Shown: positions 53,901 through 64,000 of the stretch, one piece after another
Layout: the number at the start of each line of letters is the position of its first letter
How positions within the stretch are numbered: position 1 is the first letter of the stretch
NCBI RefSeq assembly: GCF_018350175.1
Contig: NC_058378.1
Coordinates: 62,434,001 to 62,498,000 of the forward strand
Reading direction: 5' to 3'
Source of the DNA: Felis catus
Lineage: Eukaryota
Length of the DNA stretch: 64,000 bases
Made by a program: the position numbers and the translations under genes
The notes under the pieces: generated by a model
Databases searched by the model: none
What the model saw: only the letters and a program-made list of their open reading frames with translations
Told to the model about the DNA's origin: nothing

Positions 53901-56900
53901 CAATGGAACAGGATAGAGAACCCAGGAATGGACCCACAGATGTATGGCCAACTAATCTTCAACAAAGCATGAAAGAATATCCAATGGAAAAAAGTCTCTC
54001 AGCAAACAGTGTTGGGAAAACTGGACAGCGACCTGCAGAAGAATGAACCTGGACCACTTCTTTATACCATACCTAAAAATAAATTCAAAATGGATGGAAG
54101 ATGGAAGATGTAAGACAGGAAACCATTAAAATCCTAGAGGAGAAAATGGCAACCTCTTTGACCTCGACTGCAGCAACTTCTTACTAGACATGTCTCTAGA
54201 GACAAGAAAAGCAAATATGAACTACTGAGACCTAGTCAAGATAAAAATCTTCTGCACAGCAAAGGAAACAATCAACAAAACTAAAAGGCAACCGACGGAA
54301 TGGGAGAAGATATTTGCAAATGACATGTCAGATAAAGGGTTAGTATCCAAAATCTATAAGGAACTTATCAAACCCAACATCCAAAAAAAACAGANNNNNN
54401 NNNNNNNNNNNNNNNNNNNNNNNNNNNNNNNNNNNNNNNNNNNNNNNNNNNNNNNNNNNNNNNNNNNNNNNNNNNNNNNNNNNNNNNNNNNNNNNNNNNN
54501 NNNNNNNNNNNNNNNNNNNNNNNNNNNNNNNNNNNNNNNNNNNNNNNNNNNNNNNNCTAACATTAACNNNNNNNNNNNNNNNNNNNNNNNNNNNNNNNNN
54601 NNNNNNNNNNNNNNNNNNNNNNNNNNNNNNNNNNNNNNNNNNNNNNNNNNNNNNNNNNNNNNNNNNNNNNNNNNNNNNNNNNNNNNNNNNNNNNNNNNNN
54701 NNNNNNNNNNNNNNNNNTTGCACTACTAGGTATTTATCCAAAAGATACAAAAATGCTGATTCCAAGGGGCACATGCACCCCAATGTTTATAGCAGCACTA
54801 TCAGCAATAGCCAAATTATGGAAAGAGCCCAGATGTCCATCAACTAATGAATGGATAAGAAGATGTGAGATACATATGCAATGGAAATTACTCGGCGGTC
54901 AAATAGAATGAAATCCTACCACTTGCAACAACATGGATGAAAGTAGAGTGTATTATGCTAAGTGAAATAAGTCAGTCAGAGAAAGACAAATATCATATGA
55001 TTTCACTCATATGTGGAATTTAAGGAACAAAACATAGGGGCAGGGGAGGAAAAAATAAAATAAGATAAAAATAGGGAGGCAAACCATGAGGGACTCTTAA
55101 CTATAAACACTGACGGTTGATGGAGGGGTGAGTTGAATCAGGGTGATGGGCGTTAAAAAGGGCACTTGCTGGGCTGAGAACTGGATGTTACAGATAAATG
55201 ATCAATCACTAAATTCTACTCCTGAAACCAATACTATACTATAAGTTAACTAACTTGAATCCAAATAAAAAATAAATTAATTTAAAAAATTATAACAAAT
55301 CTGCATTTAAATGCATTTCCATATAAAGAAATATAAATATATATTTTTAAATTGGAAAATATCCTTCATCTTTGCTCCTGTTCTCCTTGTTCGAAGGAAT
55401 AGTTTTGTAGATGGTAGCTTGTTTCACCCTGGAGCCTGTAGTGGGACGGGTTTATTAATCATTGAATGAATCGGAAGACTCTTTTTATAAACAGTGCTTC
55501 ACCCACCGGCCTCATGGACCCATGTTAGCAAGGCTTCAGTGTAGCTCTATTTGGTACATCATGACATTGATCCTCATCAAAAGATTATGACCCTATGAGT
55601 GGGGTCCAAGGTGGAGCTAAACTGCCTTCTATAAAATTCTGCTTTAGATAAAGCAATGTCCTATGCAAAAGATCAATTGTTCCTAATTCCCTAGAGTTTG
55701 ACTTGGTTATTATTTGTTTCAATTATGCCCTCCATCATCATACATGTACAGCTCCAAAGAAGCGTCATAATAAAATGAAGGGCAGTAGAGCTGGTATTTG
55801 GTCCTGTACCAGCTCAGCTGGCAGCTGGCGAACATGAAAGATGATTAAAGGGCTTCTACCCTAGAGAGTCTGCTCTAAACAGGGAATCCCGAGTCTGGAT
55901 AGCTTTGGACCATTGATTATAGAAAGGTGATTGGTTGCTTTGGACTTCCTATGAAACCAGGGTGACTTTTTTTCCCTGGCATTTGCCATTGAGGCAAGAA
56001 TGAGGAACAGAAAAAGGATGTCTGCTTAATCTATTTGAGGTTATCCAATGGTGCCTCGGCTGGATAATTTTGGCCTATCATTAGGCCTGCTTGACATTCT
56101 TTAGAAAAATACGACAGCTCAAATGTGGAGTTTCAGCCTCTTGCCTTTTTAGCCTCATATTTGAATCACGTTTCACACAGGTCTCTGGATTTCATGCATC
56201 TGAAGTTCGCAAACCAAAACCGTGGAGGGAAGGGCAGATTTTCTAGTACCTTTGCTCCAAGAGACATTTAGCCTCTTATTGTTGGGCTCTACAAAGCTTC
56301 GTGGGCCCTAATTTCTCCTGGAAGGGCAAGCCCCAGCCTGTGTTTTAGACCGTGATACGCCTTTTGACAGGACAACCCAATTTACTACTTCTCCAAGATG
56401 ACAAAGAGTTGTCCATAATGGATCACCCTTGTCCCCGTTCATCCCCCCTCAAAAGAAACATCTTGCTCCTTCCATATTTCTTTTCCTTTTTCAGTTGCTC
56501 CCAGGCCTTACTGACTTCTCAGGATTCTAGACATTGTCAGCACATTATGGTTATGACAGAATGTCAATAGTCCTCTGAGACATTGCTGCATGTGCGTTCA
56601 TCTGCCCATTCTGTCCCAGTCTTGTTCATCAGTGCTGACGGAGCCCTCTCATTTGGAGTGTCCTAACAAGCCCCTGATTCTGCCTCGTCACCTTCAAATC
56701 ATCCCACATCAGTCTGACAGCACTTTGATTCCTGGTGAATAATTCAGCAGCAGATTCTCTATGTCCAGAGCCCAGCATCACATTAGCAACTGGCTTCAGG
56801 GCACCTTATCCTTTTACTTAGTGGACTTTCTAGGGTGACCTGGATGGGAGCTGCCACATAGACAGAGAGGGGGAGGGAAAGAAAGCCTAATCATTCTCAC

Positions 56901-59863
56901 GACTAGAAAACTTTAGGTGGTCCTATTAGTCTTAGATGTAAACAGATGATTTCTGTGAAACCCAGTGAATGTTGGGATCATGTACGAATGGGTGAAACAC
57001 CTGTGAGTATGGTTCTTGAGATATGATTTATACCTGCAGCCAAACTGGATGATATCTATTCCGTAAACACCTATCACAAAACCGTATGATTGTGGAGGCA
57101 GTGACTAAAGGGTGTGTCCCGTCATTGCATTGCAATTACAACTTCATACCACTGGTAACACTTTCAGAGACGTGGATACCTCAGGTCCCACCTAGAACAT
57201 TGCTTGATGGGCTTTTGGGAGCCCAGCAATTGTTACCATCTTTCCTGGGTGAGACAGCTCAGATTTATAGCTGCTAAATGCATTAGGCTCAAGGTGTTTT
57301 GTTGATGTTAACATTTGCTGCCATAGTCTAATGCCACATCTTGTTTACAGCCCATAAATTTATGACATAAGGAGACCACTCAGAATTTTGATATATTATG
57401 GGAAAAAAAACACACACAGCAATGCCAAACGCGTGAACGGTTTTACATTTCAGACAGATACTTTTACACACCGTTGNNNNNNNNNNNNNNNNNNNNNNNN
57501 NNNNNNNNNNNNNNNNNNNNNNNNNNNNNNNNNNNNNNNNNNNNNNNNNNNNNNNNNNNNNNNNNNNNNNNNNNNNNNNNNNNNNNNNNNNNNNNNNNNN
57601 NNNNNNNNCAAACAGGTATTTATGGCTGCCTTCACTGTCACCCTAACTGATTAAAGAAAGAGAGAGGCTGGTTCTTTGCTTTCTTTCCCAACAGGATTGC
57701 CAAAGTGGTAAGTATTAGACCAGATCTTTTCTCAATGAGTATTTGCTTTTGCTTATCCCTGTACCAAAAACATATTCGTGAATGAACAAACGAAATGTCA
57801 TGAAAGAAACCTTTGGTTTCACAGTAGCCGGATGCCTTTAGTTTGTGACATTACACGTCTATTACTAGGTGTGCAGTATCTTCTACTGTTTGGATAAGCT
57901 TGAGGTATGGAGTTAATGACTCTTAGCCTCCGTGAGTCCAACCTAACTAGAGTTGGGTTGGGTCACAGGCATTTGCAAATATGGGGCTTTCTGTCATCCT
58001 AGTGAACTTTCTGGATGGGTGGAGGTGGTGGTGGTGGTGGTGGTGGTGGGGCTCCCAATACTTCCTTGAGGAAAAAATTTATTACTTTCTCACTGTCATT
58101 TGCCAGCCAGCAAACCATTGAAAAGTTGGAGCCTTACTATCATCTTGTCATCCCCCTTGTGTTTCCAGGCATGCGTAATAACAGAGCTTTATTCTTATTT
58201 GTTACTTTTTGTGCTGAGCCCGTCTGTGATAAAAACCTGTCCTTCCCATGTGGAAGTGGAACCTCTCAAAGACATACTTTTGTTTCCTTTAATATGAATC
58301 CCTCTGTGGCTCCCCATTGCAGACTCTGTCCAGTGTGTGGCACACAAAACCTTTCCCAGTCTGGTTCAGCTTTACCTCCTGCTGTTCCCTACCTAACACT
58401 AATCCAGCCACACTGGATGTTGGCTGTGTGGTGAACACACCAGGTACTTTACAATTTGCATGCTTGGCTGTTTAATGCCTTCCCCCAACACAAGTCTCTG
58501 CATTTAGGAACTTATCTGTCAGTTGCCAAGGCTCCAACTGGTTCTTCCCTCTAACCCCTGGGCAGGCAGGAATTAGAAACTCCCATGTCCTTTTTCACTC
58601 AGTAGATAGCATTTGCACATTGTGGTGTGGTTTTATTTGTCATTTCTAACAGATGATGAATCTTTCAAGTTTTATTCTTGTATTTCACTTACAACAGTTG
58701 GGTGGTGATAGCAGTGGGGGTACAGGGTTTGGAATCAGAAAATCTGGGTTGGAATCCAAACTCTGCTACTTACTAGCTGTGTGACCATGTGCAAGTTAAT
58801 TTGCTTTTCTTTGTCTCTTATGGATCACATTTGTTTTTTTTTTAATGTTTATTTATTTTTGAGACAGAGAGAGACAGAGCATGAATGGGGGAGGGTCAGA
58901 GAGAGAGGGAGACACAGAATCTGAAACAGGCTCCAGGCTCTGAGCTGTCAGCACAGAGCCTGACGCGGGGCTTGAACTCCCGGACCGCGAGATCATGACC
59001 TGAGCTGAAGTCGGACACTTAACCAACTGAGCCACTCAGACGCCCTTTTTTATTTTTATTTTTTAACGTTTATTTATTTTTGAGACAGAGAGTCTTATGG
59101 ATCACATTTGTAAACTGGGGACAAGAGTAGCTATGTAAGATGCCTGGTATCAAAATGCCTGAGATATTGTAGGTCACAAACATACTTGTGGAATTGGAGT
59201 GAATGTGTCCTTTGATGAGAGGTATTTTCTTTCTGAAACTGACTAGTCCACGGCACCCTGTCTCCATCACTCTTACGATTTCCGTGTGACCTCAAGAGCC
59301 TCAAGATCTGAGCTCTCCCCGGAAGTCTCCCTGACAACCATAGTCCTCTAACCTCCTATAACATCCATTCACTGTCTGTGTGCTAATAAAGATACTGAAA
59401 AATCGCTGCCTGGACTTGTTAATGTTCATATAATACTTGTATATCTTATCTTCTCATCTAGATTGGAAGCATCTTAGGGATAGGATCTATGTATCTTTTT
59501 GCACCATGACATCTCTTCTGTTCCATCAAGACATTTTATAAGACAGACACTTGGTTGTTATCTTTGTTAATTTAATTTTTGCTTGCAGTAGGCTTTATCT
59601 TTACAGTTGATATGCCCGTGGTGTTCGGACCATTACAGGAGCTGATGCATGCAAAGACCCTCCCTCACCCCTCCGTACCCCTACATCCTCCGCTGCACTA
59701 TTCTTTGTGAATTCTCACCTTGTTTAGCTGGTGAGAGAAGTGCTGCTGAATACCAATGAAGCTTCTGCTACACATATATAGAAAAATGATGGAAATCCCT
59801 CAAGGGCACAACTCATAGAATAAACATGACCACTGTAATGTTCACTGCTGTTTCTTTACAGGC

Positions 59864-59913
<50 letters not shown>

Positions 59914-61090
59914 CTTGTTTTGCTTGTGAGAGTGATCAGGCCATATTAAGCGAAACATCAGAGGAAAGTATAAGAAGAACAACTCTACATCTGATCCTGG
60001 GCCCTGCAGTCCAGGCTGGTATTGCCACAGAGTGAACTTTGTCTGTACCTTTCGCTCTTTGTCAGGCCGAGCTGCAGAAGCTCAGACAACAAGCTCTGGA
60101 GACCAAGCACTTCATTGAAAAGCAGGAAGTGGAGGAGAGAAAGCTCCTGCGGATCATCGCTGAGGCCGATGGGGAGAGGCTGAGACAGAAGAAGGAATTA
60201 GACCAGGTAGGAACATCTCCTCACCAGACCTCATCAGCAAGCACAACTCTGTGATTCAGCTTTTCATGAATCCTCATTCTTTATGCTCTTACATTCTATT
60301 TATTGGAAGAACAGTAGCAGCAGAAGATCCGTCTTCTGTTGATTAATTATGGAATATTTGTTCATTATTCAAGTCATATTTATGAGCATTTACTGTCCTC
60401 CAGGCACTGGGGATACACTGACCAACAAAAAAATAAGGTCCTTATTCTCAGGGAGTTTACATTCTAGTATAATATAAATGCTCACATATAATTGTAATTA
60501 AAAATGGCATAATTCAAGGGCTAGAAACTCAAATGCATTATTAGGGGGTTAGAAACTTACATACTGTCAGGGGCACCTGGGTGGCTTAGTCAGTTAACCA
60601 TCTGACTCTTGATTTTGACTTGGTCATGATCTCACAGTTTGTGAGATAGGGCCCTGGGTTGGGCTTTGCACTGACAACTCAGAGAAGTCTGCTTGGGATT
60701 CTCTCTCTGCCTCTCTGTCTCTGCCCCTCCCCAACTCGTTCTTTCTCTCTCTCAAAATAAATAAACAGGAAAAAAAAAGAAAGAAACTTAAATAAGCTTT
60801 CAGAGATTTGGGAGAGTGAAAAAAGAAGTTGACCGGTGTAAGACAGTAAGGAGTGGTGGAAACTGGTAAGAGCTAGCCCATCATTAAGTCATTCAAATTT
60901 TAACATTTATAGGGGTGCCTGGGTGGCTCAGTCAGTTAAGCATCTGACTCTTGATTTTGGCTCAGGTATTGATCTCATGGTTTGTGAGTTTGAGCCCTGA
61001 GTTGGGCTCTTCACTGACAATGCAGAGCCTGTTTGGGATTCTCTTTATCCCTCTCTTTCTGCCCCTCCCCCATTCATGTGTGCACACGTG

Positions 61091-61141
<51 letters not shown>

Positions 61142-61684
61142 AAAATAAACAAATACACTTAAAAATTTAATATTTATAAAATAATGGGTTGGGAAAAAAC
61201 CAAACTGATGGACCAAGAATTATTGGATGATGATGATGATGATTGATGATTTGTCGTACCCTTTCTCATTCCAAAGGGACTGCAAATGCATGGAAGGAGC
61301 CCAGTGTTGACTGTCTAGCAGGGTCTTTCCAGTGCCCTGCCCACTGGGTACCTAGCATACAGGGGCATTTGAGACATCTTTGACAGAACGAAAGAGGCTG
61401 CCATAATGTAAAGTGAGACTTTTTGTTCCCTGACAGCCATGCCTTTCCTGATTTTTCTAGGTCATCAGCGAGAGAGATATTCTCGGGTCTCAGCTTGTCC
61501 GGCGCAATGACGAATTGGCTTTGCTCTATGAGAAGATCAAGATCCAACAGTCCGTGCTGAATAAAGGCGAGAGCCAGTACAACCAGAAGGTGGAGGACAT
61601 GAGAATTCTCAAACTTGAGATTAAGAAACTTCGCCGGGAAAAGGGGATTCTTGCCAGGAGTGTGGCAAATGTTGATGAACTCAG
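12777..61684 (+). CDS. CFAP58: CFAP58 (cilia- and flagella-associated protein 58 / CCDC147), coding exons 1-13, 3'-incomplete: join(12777..12785,18498..18779,20843..20991,23681..23837,24687..24881,26969..27106,29544..29703,33879..33961,38816..39007,49386..49547,50264..50410,60066..60206,61461..61684)
   Basis: The spliced translation [89 protein letters not shown]...[29 protein letters not shown]... matches mammalian CFAP58 as I recall it. All introns are GT-AG and phases are consistent; 2039 nt = 679 codons + 2 nt. Confidence 0.97.
13538..13675 (-). mobile_element. MER45A-like hAT-Tip100 element
   Basis: aattattaagaattcc...gacagcagagcattaaaccaa...gggccctg. Confidence 0.75.
14510..14830 (-). 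mobile_element. Can-SINE with adjacent (TA)n(CA)n microsatellite
   Basis: Consensus at ~14645-14830; microsatellite at ~14510-14585. Confidence 0.88.
15722..16076 (-). mobile_element. Young SINEC_Fc (15722-15956) inserted at the tail of a ~115-bp L1 3' fragment (15960-16076)
   Basis: SINE keeps its CpGs; L1 end aatttattgtcaag; outer TSD ccaacttgag. Confidence 0.85.
16548..17386. mobile_element. MLT1 LTR interrupted by a Can-SINE (~16795-17009) and an L1 3' fragment (~17065-17210)
   Basis: tgtattagtttactaggctg...caattcaaccct termini and internal motifs. Confidence 0.75.
17409..17600 (+). mobile_element. Can-SINE
   Basis: ggggtgcctgggtggctcagtc head; A-tail. Confidence 0.9.
18050..18237 (-). 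mobile_element. Can-SINE within a MIR
   Basis: Consensus motifs; TSD approximately atgaatgat. Confidence 0.85.
18498..18779 (+). CDS. CFAP58: CFAP58 exon 2 ([10 protein letters not shown]...TIASLKK)
   Basis: tttgtacag acceptor; AAG|gtcagt donor; 282 nt. Confidence 0.96.
20843..20991 (+). CDS. CFAP58: CFAP58 exon 3 ([17 protein letters not shown]...LDQDS)
   Basis: catatag acceptor; AA|gtaggt donor; 149 nt. Confidence 0.95.
22187..22315 (-). mobile_element. Short Can-SINE
   Basis: TSD cttccttaggcatttt. Confidence 0.88.
23681..23837 (+). CDS. CFAP58: CFAP58 exon 4 ([10 protein letters not shown]...EQTISQ)
   Basis: tcttttttag acceptor; CAG|gtctgc donor; 157 nt; completes the phase-2 codon from exon 3. 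Confidence 0.95.
24687..24881 (+). CDS. CFAP58: CFAP58 exon 5 ([11 protein letters not shown]...LKEQK)
   Basis: ccctag acceptor; AAG|gtgcgc donor; 195 nt. Confidence 0.95.
25410..25616. mobile_element. MER3/MER33-like hAT MITE inside an L1M fragment
   Basis: catttcaagtgcttaatagccac...catcattgcagaaagttctgttggacag. Confidence 0.75.
26969..27106 (+). CDS. CFAP58: CFAP58 exon 6 (ILNERAAKE...ALELK)
   Basis: tctttcag acceptor; AAA|gtaaac donor; 138 nt. Confidence 0.95.
27165..27392 (-). mobile_element. Young SINEC_Fc about 60 bp downstream of the exon 6 donor
   Basis: Near-consensus sequence with intact CpGs; TSD attccctatt. Confidence 0.93.
28960..29163 (+). mobile_element. SINEC_Fc
   Basis: Consensus head, body and tail. 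Confidence 0.92.
29544..29703 (+). CDS. CFAP58: CFAP58 exon 7 ([16 protein letters not shown]...GLER)
   Basis: ttacag acceptor; G|gtaatc donor; 160 nt. Confidence 0.95.
30145..30370 (-). mobile_element. Can-SINE with an internal 12-bp triplication (gcagctgtaagt)
   Basis: Consensus motifs; TSD approximately tcctaacttc. Confidence 0.9.
30953..31300. mobile_element. Tigger2-family MITE (TcMar-Tigger), partly N-masked
   Basis: Terminal inverted repeats catctgacccttgaacaac / gttgttcaacagtgagctg; TA on both flanks. Confidence 0.8.
31850..33575 (+). mobile_element. Ancient L1M ORF2/3'UTR remnant with a nested Can-SINE (~32687-32870)
   Basis: Degenerate ORF2 motifs (ataaaataaatatatagg, aaatggagagatatac...ttcctgaat). 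Confidence 0.7.
33879..33961 (+). CDS. CFAP58: CFAP58 exon 8 ([11 protein letters not shown]...DILNK)
   Basis: Pyrimidine tract and tttag acceptor; AAG|gtgagt donor; 83 nt. Confidence 0.95.
35030..35224 (-). mobile_element. Can-SINE
   Basis: Consensus motifs. Confidence 0.88.
36395..37066 (-). mobile_element. L1M 3' fragment with a nested SINEC_Fc (~36570-36785)
   Basis: Minus-strand [20 protein letters not shown] resembles the ORF2 C-terminus; SINE consensus. Confidence 0.8.
37321..38578 (+). mobile_element. Young 5'-truncated feline L1 (ORF2 C-terminus, 3'UTR, A-tail to ~38464) plus ~115-bp extra 3' segment, inserted in a MIR
   Basis: ORF2 peptide TLEEKAG...[11 protein letters not shown]...[11 protein letters not shown]...MEYY, with a premature TAG at 38117-38119; TSD aagtactcatttcc at 37307-37320 and 38579-38592. 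Confidence 0.92.
38816..39007 (+). CDS. CFAP58: CFAP58 exon 9 ([10 protein letters not shown]...SDLTQK)
   Basis: ttttttag acceptor; AAG|gtaagt donor; 192 nt. Confidence 0.96.
41417..41665 (-). mobile_element. Carnivore L1 3' end fragment
   Basis: gattcatcacttacatacaacaccca...; TSD gt(a/g)ccaagtttt. Confidence 0.85.
41831..41844. promoter_or_regulatory. Intronic X-box (GTTGCTATGGCAAC), candidate RFX enhancer
   Basis: 13/14 match to the GTTGCCATGGCAAC palindromic consensus; in intron 9. Confidence 0.5.
41940..41990. repeat. (CA)n microsatellite
   Basis: Seen directly. Confidence 0.95.
44205..44430 (+). mobile_element. SINEC_Fc
   Basis: Consensus motifs; TSD aaaataagaaagcaag. Confidence 0.93.
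47890..48116 (-). mobile_element. Can-SINE
   Basis: TSD ttccttaaatatt. Confidence 0.92.
49386..49547 (+). CDS. CFAP58: CFAP58 exon 10 (VLMNMEDIK...NLVEAQ)
   Basis: ttttccccccag-type acceptor; CAG|gtaaag donor; 162 nt. Confidence 0.96.
50264..50410 (+). CDS. CFAP58: CFAP58 exon 11 ([11 protein letters not shown]...EKETLK)
   Basis: ttgttag acceptor; AAG|gtacag donor; 147 nt. Confidence 0.96.
51547..55290 (+). mobile_element. Carnivore L1: 5'UTR (~51547-52780), Can-SINE head (52784 onward), then degenerate ORF2 from the RT domain to the C-terminus and 3'UTR (53056-55290)
   Basis: 5' motif aagatggtggaatagtaaggagaccctgag; RT peptides [25 protein letters not shown] and YLGINLT; frameshifts and stops. 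Confidence 0.85.
58834..59092 (-). mobile_element. SINEC_Fc plus an extra SINE 3' tail under one 18-bp TSD, in a MIR
   Basis: TSD tcttatggatcacatttg at 58816-58833 and 59093-59110. Confidence 0.9.
59866..59911. repeat. (TG)n microsatellite about 155 bp upstream of exon 12
   Basis: Seen directly. Confidence 0.95.
60066..60206 (+). CDS. CFAP58: CFAP58 exon 12 (AELQKLRQQ...KKELDQ)
   Basis: tttgtcag acceptor; CAG|gtagga donor; 141 nt. Confidence 0.96.
60569..60782 (+). mobile_element. Can-SINE
   Basis: TSD agaaactta(c/a)ata. Confidence 0.9.
60911..61162 (+). mobile_element. Can-SINE with (CT)n
   Basis: Consensus motifs; TSD approximately tttaa(c/t)atttata. Confidence 0.9.
61461..61684 (+). 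CDS. CFAP58: CFAP58 exon 13 ([18 protein letters not shown]...NVDEL)
   Basis: tttttctag acceptor; AG|gtaata donor; 224 nt. Confidence 0.96.
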
Positions 61685-63617
61685 GTAATAGAAGACCTTT
61701 CAGAGCTGAGGGCACAGTAGCCTGAGGGGAGCTCCTGAAATGACCTTATGTTCATGCTTGTGTGTCATGGAAAGTCTTTCTCAAGTTGTACAAAATAATT
61801 TTTATATGATGGAATTATTAACGAATAATGAGAACTTTTCCATAATTCAGAATCTATGTTGTGCCCATTCTATGTCACAAAAGAATGGACTCATTTCCTC
61901 TCAGGGAAATATAAGTGAGGGCAAAAAGATTTTTTTAGAAATGTATTCTGGATTAAAAAAAAAGAAATTTGAAAACAGACCATAGACAAACTAGTTACAA
62001 TGCAGAAAATAATTTCCCCCAATGAGGTGTTTAGACTTCCTTTAAGAAGGCAGTGTGCAAGCAATGGATCAGCAACATTTACGTTCGGTCCTGGGAACAT
62101 TTGCACATCTTTTTTCTTGGAATTATATACAGAATGAAAAGAAGAGAAAAATTTAATTTTATCACGATTTGAAAAACTCTGTTTCCTTAGAAGGCAGCCA
62201 AATTTTATGTCTCGCTCTTGATTTATCTTCCTCAGCTTTTACTTTAGCTTAGTGTGCCTTCTTCTTGCCTTAAATCTTACATTATACAAGATCTACTTCC
62301 CCTTTGGGAAAACATCACCATGTTTTATATAGGCAATTGCAGGAAACCAAATAAGAGGACTGGTGTTGTTTCAGTAGCTATCCTTATTCCCCCCAGACTT
62401 GTAGATGAACAGTATCCTTGACCACCTTGGGACAAGGACACGGTTTGCATCTGCTTCTTAAATGAATTAAGTTAGAAGATAGTTTTGATATTTAGATGCA
62501 GTGAATATATTCAGGAATAGCAAGAGAAGTTGCCACTATCCAGGATGGATCAATACTTTTTATTTTTTTTTTTAGAGTCGCTCGTATTTCAGGTGATGAA
62601 AGCAGTACAAATTCATTGTAGAAAATGTGGGAAATGAAGAAAAAATATAAAGAAGGGATTAGAAAATCACTCATAAGTTTACTAACCAGAGATACCAACC
62701 ATTGACATTTCGAAGACAAATGGATTCATTCTAAGTAGCTATTGAATGATCTCAAAGATCATCACTAAACTTGCCAGCCATGAGTTATTTTTGTTATATA
62801 CACAAAGGACCAAATTCTACCCATTCCTTGTCAGTATGACTGGTTTGTTGGTAATAGATTTTATTTTTCTTTTCAATGGGAGGACAACTTAGGAAAGATA
62901 TTGGAGGCAAGCAGGCATGAATTCCAATCTCAGACTTGCCACCCACAAGCTGTGTGACCTTGGGCAAATCATCACACTTCTCTGAGCTGTAGGCTTGTAG
63001 CTAAAATTAAACACAGAAACAAACACAATGTGCCTAGCACAGGGTCTAGTACAAAATAAGCTGTCAGTGACAGTAGCTAATACTCCTGCCCTCCTGTCTG
63101 ACGGCGCTCTAGATAATCGAAGTGTTAAAAATATGCTTTTAATTCTAAGCAGCTTGTTCTGAGCTCCCTGTTGAGTGAACATCGTGCAGTTAATTCTAAT
63201 GGTTTGTCTTGCTAATGAGGGGAAGTTGTATTATTGGTTTAAATGAAGCAATTAAGTAAAAGAGATGGCTTGGTATTAGTAATCTGCACACCCACAGCAG
63301 ACGAGGACAGATAATAATATCCTTGTTGCCCGTATCAGTGTGAGTGTTTGCTTCTTCTCCGCCCCCCAGCAAAGCGTCTTGTTCAATAGGGTGGCAGCCA
63401 GCTCACAGGGTACTGCGAATGGCTATCGCACAGTACCTATTAGCTGGAGATTTCCGCAGTTTGGAGAAGTAGGTTTGAGCCAGAGCTAGCTCTTCAGGAC
63501 CGTTGCAGCCATCTGTGTAGTTGTGGAACATGAAATAAAATATCGCTTCCAACTCGGTGTTTCTCAATCCTGGCTGTACCTTAGAATTACCAGGAGGACT
63601 TTAAAACCTATGAAACC

Positions 63618-63835
63618 TGGGCGCCTGGGTGGCTCAGTCGGTTAAGCGTCTGACTGGCTCAGGCCATGATCTCATGGTTCGTAGGTTCGAGCCCTGCGTC
63701 GGACTCTGTGTTGCCAGCTTGGAGCCTGCTTTGGATTCTGTGTCTCCCTCTCTATGCCCCTCCCCTGCTTGCACTCTGTCTCTGTCTCTCAAAAATAAAT
63801 AAACACTAAAAAAATTAAAAAAAACACAACAACAA
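63618..63835 (+). mobile_element. SINEC_Fc nested in a MER5-like element
   Basis: TSD ctatgaaacc; flanks gtgtttctcaatcctggctg and ccccaggtgattc. Confidence 0.88.
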
Positions 63836-64000
63836 CTATGAAACCCAAGTAACATGCTAGATGAATTAAGGCAGAATCCCTGTGGGATTTGGTCTAGGCA
63901 AAGGTAGGTTGTAAGGCTCCCCCAGGTGATTCCAGGGTGCAGGCGGGTACAATGCACCGCCCTGATTGGTGTCAGGTTAACACCGGAGCCTCAGTGTCTT

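Noticed and set aside
51539-55402. aaggaatag as a TSD implying a second 3' transduction
   Set aside because: Only 9 bp with no preceding A-tail; could easily be chance.
58015-58434. Poly-Gly 139-aa ORF
   Set aside because: It comes from a (GGT)n microsatellite; no coding signature.
15751-59035. Recurrent MAQSV...SAQVMIS...[10 protein letters not shown] ORFs suggesting a peptide family
   Set aside because: These are translations of the Can-SINE consensus.
61266-61715. Minus-strand ORFs overlapping exons 5, 9, 10, 11 and 13
   Set aside because: Antisense shadows of E/K/Q-rich coiled-coil codons; no independent gene structure.
167-63835. tRNA-like A/B boxes
   Set aside because: All are the tRNA-derived heads of Can-SINEs, not tRNA genes.

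Overview
Mammalian genomic DNA from a carnivore, almost certainly a felid (Can-SINEs of SINEC_Fc type, L1_Fc-like 3' ends, CarLTR1-like LTRs). About 12 kb of repeat-rich intergenic DNA leads into a CpG-island promoter with an RFX X-box. Coding exons 1-13 of CFAP58 (CCDC147, a coiled-coil axonemal protein) follow on the + strand from 12777 to 61684. They total 2039 nt, have GT-AG junctions and keep an open frame; the gene continues past the window. Nearly all other ORF-track entries are spurious or fragments of transposable elements. I found no convincing new biological system. The best second-look items are: (1) a young 5'-truncated L1 in intron 8 whose target-site duplication (TSD) also encloses about 115 bp of non-L1 DNA, a candidate 3' transduction; (2) an unexplained diverged ~250-bp direct duplication flanking exon 5; (3) a near-perfect intronic X-box; (4) an L1 that keeps its 5'UTR but lacks ORF1 and the endonuclease, with a SINE at the junction; (5) N-runs whose lengths preserve L1 ORF2 spacing, which points to masking or reference-guided consensus rather than true gaps. 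Repeat family names are from recognition of consensus motifs, not from a database search, and repeat boundaries are approximate.
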